DNA from: Escherichia phage EC.W2-6
DNA length: 64,000 nt
Reading direction: 5' to 3' (one strand)
Sequence record: PP445229.1
In this document: one piece after another, positions 58,629 through 64,000 of the stretch
Numbering within the stretch: the first letter of the stretch is position 1
Layout of the letters: each line of letters begins with the position of its first letter
The notes under the pieces: generated by a model
What the model saw: the letters and a program-made list of their open reading frames with translations, nothing else
What the model was told of the DNA's origin: nothing
The model's database searches: none
Position numbers and translations under genes: made by a program

Positions 58629-59549
58629 GAGCACTCACTAAGCAAATCACCGCTTCAGTGAAAAGCGTAACAACGGCTAACAGTTGCATAGTGTGAGAAA
58701 GCACACTGATAGATTTACCGCTCTTTAATAATTTAAACATTCTCCTATATCGGTTGAATATGTTAGATGATAATAACCATCGGATAACATACCAGATAAA
58801 ACGGTGTAAGATTCTCTAAACTATCAGAGAAAACAATCTTATAATCCCTTGCTGGAAACGTCACCACTGATAAACGGATTCATTGAGTGTACGCAAAGAT
58901 TTAAGCTAATCGCCCACGGTTAAGGGTAGCGGCGGTCATCGCTAACAAGGCGCTACAGTGAAAGAAGTTAATCAGGGTAGGCAAGCCCGAAGAATTAACG
59001 CTCAATTGAGAGCGGCGGGGAGTGGTTAAAAAGTGGCAAATTGCTATTTAACAATAAGGTTTAGTGTGAACGTTTACGATGTGAATGATTTGAGGCCACT
59101 ATTGATGGCGTACATAGTCAGTTTATGTAGTAAACTTGCCGAAAGATATAAAACGTCAGAACATTAGACGGTCAATGACTCTTTCACAATAGCATCCCGT
59201 TGTGGGCGATGGCTAGTGATTGAGAGTTGATACAAAAGGATAGGCGAGAGCGAAAGCAAAGTAGACGATATTGCCGACGGTTACAATAAACGTAACTAAT
59301 TAGAGTCGGACGCACTGCCTTATTGTGATGATTGATCATCGCTATCAGGTCGGCTTCGTTTATAGCGACTAATTAAAGATACCAGATGAAACATCACGGA
59401 TAAGGGGGCGGCAAGGTTAACTCCTGATAAGACCGCCCCGCTTACCTATAACTACTTAACAACGAGTGGTTATAGTTAAGTTAATAGTGACTTAAACAAG
59501 CTCATAGAGAGCGGGGCAATAGCGCCCTTACAAGTGAAAGGTGAATATC

Positions 59550-60449
59550 ATGGCTAAAATCTTTACTCTGGTTAACGAATCCGGTTTTAATGCTCTGGCT
59601 AACAACATTCGCAGTAATAACGCGGCGATCAAACAAGATGTTTCTAACTTCCTGTTAGGGCACTTACAGCACTTCCGCAGTAATGGTAAGAAGCTGGACG
59701 TATTGCAGTCGGCGGTTGACTTTCTGTTAACTGAACGTTTCCGTGATATGGATGTTATTGCCACTGCAATTACTTTCTTAACTCCTATCAAGTTTAACAC
59801 CGATGCGGCAAATGGTCGTAAAAAGTGGATTAATCTGGAAGGTGAGGCGAAAGCTAAAGAAGACGCGAAAGAAGCGCAAATTAAAACCAAAATGGAACAA
59901 AACCGCGCTCGCTGGTCAAATGCTTTCGAGAATTTTGCTTTAGGCCGTGAAATTGAAGTTGATAATCCTAACTTTTACAAGGGTTGCAATGACAACGTGG
60001 CGGCACACCTGCAAATCCCGGCGAAAAACAAGGAAGATTTTAATCAGGATATTTACGCTTTAGTTGAACGCTTGAATGCAATCCGTATTGAAGCCAAATT
60101 ATTGGCTGATGAGCGCAATGGTGCTACCAGCGATAACACTATCGCCTTAAGTGAAGAAGTGGGCAAAGTTAAGAAGTCATTCGACTCGCTCATCAAGAAA
60201 GTCACGGCCTCAACGGTAGCGATCTCTGATAACTACCTGATGAACGCATCAAGCAAGGAATTAGAATCACTCGATTCATACGCTGATGAAATGGAAAAGA
60301 CTGTTGCAGCTATGCAGGAGAAGTTAGAAAGTCTGCGCGGTCGTATCTCTTCAACGGTTGCTACCCGTACCGAACAAGCTGCGAAAGCAGAAGAGGAAGA
60401 AGTATTGCGTAAAGCGGCTGAAATTATGGCGGCACGTCAAGCGGCATAA
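59550..60449 (+). CDS. hypothetical alpha-helical protein (299 aa)
   Basis: First ORF after the ~0.9 kb untranslated leader; GAAAGG Shine-Dalgarno; terminator downstream. Confidence 0.5.
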   Translation: MAKIFTLVNESGFNALANNIRSNNAAIKQDVSNFLLGHLQHFRSNGKKLDVLQSAVDFLLTERFRDMDVIATAITFLTPIKFNTDAANGRKKWINLEGEAKAKEDAKEAQIKTKMEQNRARWSNAFENFALGREIEVDNPNFYKGCNDNVAAHLQIPAKNKEDFNQDIYALVERLNAIRIEAKLLADERNGATSDNTIALSEEVGKVKKSFDSLIKKVTASTVAISDNYLMNASSKELESLDSYADEMEKTVAAMQEKLESLRGRISSTVATRTEQAAKAEEEEVLRKAAEIMAARQAA

Positions 60450-60473
60450 GTAAGACAATTTAAATAAACATAA

Positions 60474-60506
60474 GGTGCTATCTTAACGGGTAGCGCCTTT
60501 TCTTTT
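60474..60506 (+). terminator. rho-independent terminator
   Basis: GGTGCTA-(10 nt)-TAGCGCC hairpin followed by TTTTCTTTT. Confidence 0.5.
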
Positions 60507-60551
60507 ATCAGTGCATTGATTCAGTGCATTAATCAAAGAATTTAATCAAAG

Positions 60552-60779
60552 GTGATGATCATGTTAATTACGCATACCACGATTTATAGGAATCTTGTCA
60601 ACGGTCAACATTACCGCCTATCTAAAAAATATGGCGTTGAATGTAAATGTATTATTACCGGTGAATGGTATCCGTCACCAATGAAGATTGAAACATTGGA
60701 ACGTGAAGCGATCAGCTATATTATCACGCAAGAAACAACGTTAGGCCGTATCTTAAGAAAGTTGGGATTGAGAAAATGA
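60552..60779 (+). CDS. hypothetical protein (75 aa)
   Basis: ORF with AAAGG upstream; exact start (GTG 60552 / ATG 60555 / ATG 60561) uncertain. Confidence 0.4.
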   Translation: MMIMLITHTTIYRNLVNGQHYRLSKKYGVECKCIITGEWYPSPMKIETLEREAISYIITQETTLGRILRKLGLRK

Positions 60780-61000
60780 TATTCAGTAATAATTTTGGCA
60801 AGTGTCCTATTTGTGAGAAACATCGCAGCACGGGAAACCATCGCAAATGTAGTAAGATATTACAGCGCCAACGTGATAACAACCATTGGGATACTGTACA
60901 CGCTAATCAGCGTAAAGAAGAAGTTAAAGAAATGGCTGTTAAAGCATCCTTTGCCCAATCCACCCGTATTGAACACATCCAAAGGTATCAAGCATTATGA
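60776..61000 (+). CDS. small zinc-binding protein (74 aa)
   Basis: CPICEKH ... HRKC pattern. Confidence 0.4.
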   Translation: MIFSNNFGKCPICEKHRSTGNHRKCSKILQRQRDNNHWDTVHANQRKEEVKEMAVKASFAQSTRIEHIQRYQAL

Positions 61001-61206
61001 TCACTAATATTTCAGAGTTTAAGAAAGCGCCTTCTCGTCTGTTAGGTCGTCGTGTTGTGTATCTTTATAGCAATAAAGGTAAAGCTACAACTGGACGAAT
61101 TACAACAGTAAGTAGTGTTACTAAAGGTTTGCTCAAGTTATGTGTAGCTATGGACGATGGTACAATCCTGCTACGCAGTTGGAAGTCATTTAGTTTACTC
61201 GATTAA
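60997..61206 (+). CDS. hypothetical protein (69 aa)
   Basis: ATGA overlap with upstream gene. Confidence 0.4.
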   Translation: MITNISEFKKAPSRLLGRRVVYLYSNKGKATTGRITTVSSVTKGLLKLCVAMDDGTILLRSWKSFSLLD

Positions 61207-61275
61207 GTTATTTGTTCAAGCCTGTCACCTTGATGGGCTTGCCCGATATAATTTATCACTAAAAGGAATAAGGTT

Positions 61276-61719
61276 GTGGCTAAATCTAAAATCAGCATGA
61301 AGGGCGGGCGTTGTTTTTCTATATCTGAACTGGAGAAAGAGAATCCAAAGGCAACCAATCACGTCAGCAAGCGTAGTTTAAAACGTCGTGCTGCAAAGGC
61401 TGAAGCTGAATCCCATATCCCTTCTAGTGTGGCAAAACGTGTAGGCCATCGTGTCCATCGTGCTGATGCGTTATTGTTAGCCGATCATAAACGTTCTTTG
61501 TTAAAGAGCGGGGGAGCAAAAACAGAAGAGGAGAAGAAGTTAGAAATCTTCTGTAATGGTCGCACCCGTGGTAAACAGAAGTTTAAGGGTAGCACGAAAG
61601 ACCCGCAGGCTTTTCCTAAGACAAGCCAGTGCGCACCTGATGTTTTCTACGCAGACAGTAAACACAAGTGGGGCGTTGAAAAATACATTGATCCCATCAA
61701 AGAGGCGAGGGTAAAATGA
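61276..61719 (+). CDS. highly basic protein (147 aa), possibly nucleic-acid binding
   Basis: Lys/Arg-rich throughout; GTG start with AAAGGAATAAGG upstream. Confidence 0.4.
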   Translation: MAKSKISMKGGRCFSISELEKENPKATNHVSKRSLKRRAAKAEAESHIPSSVAKRVGHRVHRADALLLADHKRSLLKSGGAKTEEEKKLEIFCNGRTRGKQKFKGSTKDPQAFPKTSQCAPDVFYADSKHKWGVEKYIDPIKEARVK

Positions 61720-61889
61720 TTTATTCAGAGATTCTAAATAAAGTCAGAGAGATGCGGCAAGGTGATGCAGTAGTTGATGTTCTGGTCCATCTGGTAGCAT
61801 CCTTGCAAGAAGAAAACGAATTGGTTAAACAAGAAAACAAGGCATTAAGGAAGGCAATAAGTAACCTCTCCAATAGCCTCTCTTTTTAG
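61716..61889 (+). CDS. small coiled-coil protein (57 aa)
   Basis: Not in track; ATGA overlap; leucine-zipper-like heptads. Confidence 0.3.
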   Translation: MIYSEILNKVREMRQGDAVVDVLVHLVASLQEENELVKQENKALRKAISNLSNSLSF

Positions 61890-62040
61890 TACTATGACGC
61901 TCTTTCTGTCGCGTCGTGCCCTCTCCCCATTTGAAGCTTCCGCATAGCCGCCTTTGAGCGGCTTTTTGCGTTGCTGTAAGTGCATTTGCGAGTGTATTTA
62001 TAGCAACGGTCATGTGTTGCTTTCAGGTTTGCCCCGGCTA

Positions 62041-62067
62041 CGGCTGGGGCTTTTTTATGCCCGTAAA
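62041..62067 (+). terminator. rho-independent terminator
   Basis: GCCCCGGC-TACG-GCTGGGGC hairpin followed by TTTTTTA. Confidence 0.65.
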
Positions 62068-62105
62068 ACAGGAGGTATCAAGTTCTGATAACAACGGCAC
62101 AGCTA

Positions 62106-62495
62106 ATGTTGACATTGACTATTTATTATGAGGCAGGGAATCAGCCAACCGCATGTAAGGCTTTAGTTGCGGATACCGTGATAAATAGAATGGCCCAACG
62201 AAAACTGACCGCTGAACAGGTGATAAGACAAAAGAACCAGTTTGAGTGGATTCCGGTACTATTAAAACAGGAGAAACCTTATAAACGTTATGTAAAGCTG
62301 ATTCGTGATAAAAATCCGATGACTAAGCAAGCCATTGGAGAAAGCGAGCGGCTGGCTAAACGTGCCCTTAAGAAGAATTATGTTCCGCTGTACAGTGGGA
62401 CTTACTTTCAGAGTAAGAGCGAAGGGGTGCCAAAATGGTATGCCAATCCTATGTATTGTGGTGATTTAGTATTTGATAATAGCTCTAGGGAATAA
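62106..62495 (+). CDS. cell-wall hydrolase, SleB-like (Hydrolase_2 family)
   Basis: TIYYEAGNQP ... KALVADTVINRM and GTYFQSKSEGVPKWYANPMYCGDLVF parallel the conserved blocks of SleB-type hydrolases as I recall them. Confidence 0.55.
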   Translation: MLTLTIYYEAGNQPTACKALVADTVINRMAQRKLTAEQVIRQKNQFEWIPVLLKQEKPYKRYVKLIRDKNPMTKQAIGESERLAKRALKKNYVPLYSGTYFQSKSEGVPKWYANPMYCGDLVFDNSSRE

Positions 62496-62694
62496 TCACT
62501 AGTGCCAGATTTGACAAACTAAATTCCTTTATAAACCAACCACTTAGTAAATTTATTGAAAAAGATGGTAGTATTCTGGGACTATGGGTAATGCTCTGTA
62601 TATAGACCCTTTGAAAATTTCTTAGAAAATAAGTTTACTAAATATAACTTACTTAAATAATATTACTTTTAATCTCTGATAAAGGGTAAATAAT

Positions 62695-62991
62695 ATGACT
62701 TTAGAAGTATATAAATTCCTTTTTGTAAGCTGTTTAACTATCAGCGTTCTAGGATTTATTGTTCTAAGAAACAAAGCAGCAAGCTGGGAAAGAATGTATA
62801 AATCCCTAGTCCGAGTGGATGAGATGTATAATGAGAAGGTTAAAGTAACACTCAACGATCTTATTATGCAAGTTGAGGACAGAAACAAGCGTCTTCAGAA
62901 CCTCAATCACGAAGTGTTACGCCTTGCTCGTGCTAATGAAGACTTGCGAATAGCTATTGCTAAGCAGCAGGAGATTAACAGTGATAATTGA
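62695..62991 (+). CDS. membrane protein with N-terminal TM helix and coiled coil (98 aa)
   Basis: FLFVSCLTISVLGFIVL hydrophobic segment followed by heptad-rich helix. Confidence 0.45.
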   Translation: MTLEVYKFLFVSCLTISVLGFIVLRNKAASWERMYKSLVRVDEMYNEKVKVTLNDLIMQVEDRNKRLQNLNHEVLRLARANEDLRIAIAKQQEINSDN

Positions 62992-63217
62992 TATGAACAA
63001 CGCCCCAAAGGTTTTAACTCTTGGGGATTTAGAATCAGGTGATGTATTCCAGTTCCCTCTGGATGGGGAGAATTACTATATGTTATCTAGTCAGAAGTTT
63101 GGGACAACAGACAAGAGAAGTTATATCAATCTTTCCTGTGGCGTTATTGCAACGGATGAAGGTAATACAGTCATCAAGAAGGTCAGCAATGCTCGGCTTA
63201 CCAATAAGGTGGATTAA
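62981..63217 (+). CDS. small protein, paralog A of a tandem quartet
   Basis: Shares LGDLxxGDVFQ ... Y ... N-L motif with the next three ORFs; GTG start 6 nt after AGGAGA. Confidence 0.5.
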   Translation: MIIDMNNAPKVLTLGDLESGDVFQFPLDGENYYMLSSQKFGTTDKRSYINLSCGVIATDEGNTVIKKVSNARLTNKVD

Positions 63218-63219
63218 CA

Positions 63220-63456
63220 GTGAAAGTTAATATTAAATCCGATCGTACAATGCTTCGCTTAAACAACATGAAGCCGGGCGTTCTATTTGAGCGTAAAGAA
63301 TCCCTTTACATTAGAACCGACACATTGTACGCAGACAATTATGTCAACTGTGTTGATGTGGTAACTGGAAAGCTCATTCCTTTTAAACGGGATGAAGTCT
63401 GCCAAGTACGCAGCGATCTCCACATAACTAACATAGAGGCTAAAGATGAAGATTGA
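63220..63456 (+). CDS. small protein, paralog B of a tandem quartet
   Basis: Same length class and motif spacing; GTG start. Confidence 0.45.
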   Translation: MKVNIKSDRTMLRLNNMKPGVLFERKESLYIRTDTLYADNYVNCVDVVTGKLIPFKRDEVCQVRSDLHITNIEAKDED

Positions 63457-63703
63457 TTTGAAGGTAAATGAACCATCTTTGTGTGTTGGTGATCTCAAAC
63501 TTGGAGATGTATTCCAAATCAGGGAAACACGAGCAGATTTCTACATGGTTGTTCAGCTATTTACCTCACAGATTGAAGAGACCAAGCCTTCTGATGGGGG
63601 TTGTGTCGTCCTTAGTCTGACAAATAAGCAAGTCCTTAAGCTTAGCTCGAAAAGCAAGGTTGTTCTTCTTCATGATGTTGTTATTACTAACAAGGGCAAG
63701 TAG
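63446..63703 (+). CDS. small protein, paralog C of a tandem quartet
   Basis: VGDLKLGDVFQIRE ... YMVV core. Confidence 0.5.
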   Translation: MKIDLKVNEPSLCVGDLKLGDVFQIRETRADFYMVVQLFTSQIEETKPSDGGCVVLSLTNKQVLKLSSKSKVVLLHDVVITNKGK

Positions 63704-63922
63704 ATGGAAATTAAAGTAGTTGATTATCCTAAATATGCAAATGCAGAAGATGTTAAAGGTGGTGATGTTTTCTCTTACGACAGACGTTTCTGGCTGATGT
63801 TAGAAGATAAAACTCCCGATGGTTTATGTAAGGCCGCCAATCTGAACAGCGGTTCTGTTGAAGTCTTCGGTCTATCAACCACTGTTATGCCACGCCCTGA
63901 TCTGTGTTTATCCCAAAAGTAA
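63704..63922 (+). CDS. small protein, paralog D of a tandem quartet
   Basis: DVKGGDVFSYD core. Confidence 0.5.
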   Translation: MEIKVVDYPKYANAEDVKGGDVFSYDRRFWLMLEDKTPDGLCKAANLNSGSVEVFGLSTTVMPRPDLCLSQK

Positions 63923-64000
63923 CATCGACTTATAGCCCTTGTGTTTATCAGAGGGCTATGTGAGGGTGTTCCTCATTAACTTATTAATTCAGGCATATGC

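Larger units (their letters stand above)
57990..58735 (+). repeat. five copies of a C(C)GCTCTTTAA box interleaved with the early promoters
   Basis: Copies at about 57992, 58248, 58357, 58485 and 58718. Confidence 0.5.

Noticed and set aside
57990-58735. Possible CRISPR-like array suggested by the recurring CCGCTCTTTAA box
   Set aside because: Repeat is only about 11 nt with irregular spacing of 100-230 bp, each unit contains a promoter, and no cas genes are present
54673-59549. tRNA genes or integrase/attachment site in the large non-coding stretches
   Set aside because: No T-loop-like GTTCGAATC-type signatures or cloverleaf-compatible segments seen by eye, and no integrase or repressor gene anywhere in the window; a proper tRNA scan could not be run

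Overview
The window reads as most of a tailed dsDNA phage genome, circularly permuted within the window. All calls are from reading the sequence and ORF track by eye; no searches were run, and coordinates of non-ORF features are approximate (about ±2 nt). The plus-strand arm (55.9 kb to window end, continuing from 1 to 24.7 kb) carries early and middle genes: a cluster of sigma70-like promoters, small host-takeover ORFs in tandem paralog families, a T7-type replisome (primase-helicase, a DNA polymerase split into two distant genes, SSB, 5'-3' exonuclease), a nucleotide-metabolism set (dCTP deaminase, ThyX-like, dNMP kinase, thioredoxin, PhoH), a phage sigma factor and spanins. The minus-strand arm (25.0-54.7 kb) is the virion module: terminase small and large subunits, portal, scaffold, major capsid with an Ig-like extension, tail fibres, endolysin, a transglycosylase and large internal proteins. 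A bidirectional terminator sits at about 25.0 kb. The phage sigma factor and recurring TAATGTATA elements recall phiEco32-like coliphages, but that is recollection, not a search result. The strongest candidates for something new are a DarG-type macrodomain next to a minimal DprA/SLOG-like protein, an ATP-grasp ligase with a gamma-glutamyl cyclotransferase, a CCA-adding-enzyme-like nucleotidyltransferase, a Dps-like ferritin, iteron clusters in the arm junction, and a -1 frameshift site at the end of the capsid gene. No integrase, CRISPR array, tRNA or phage RNA polymerase was seen.
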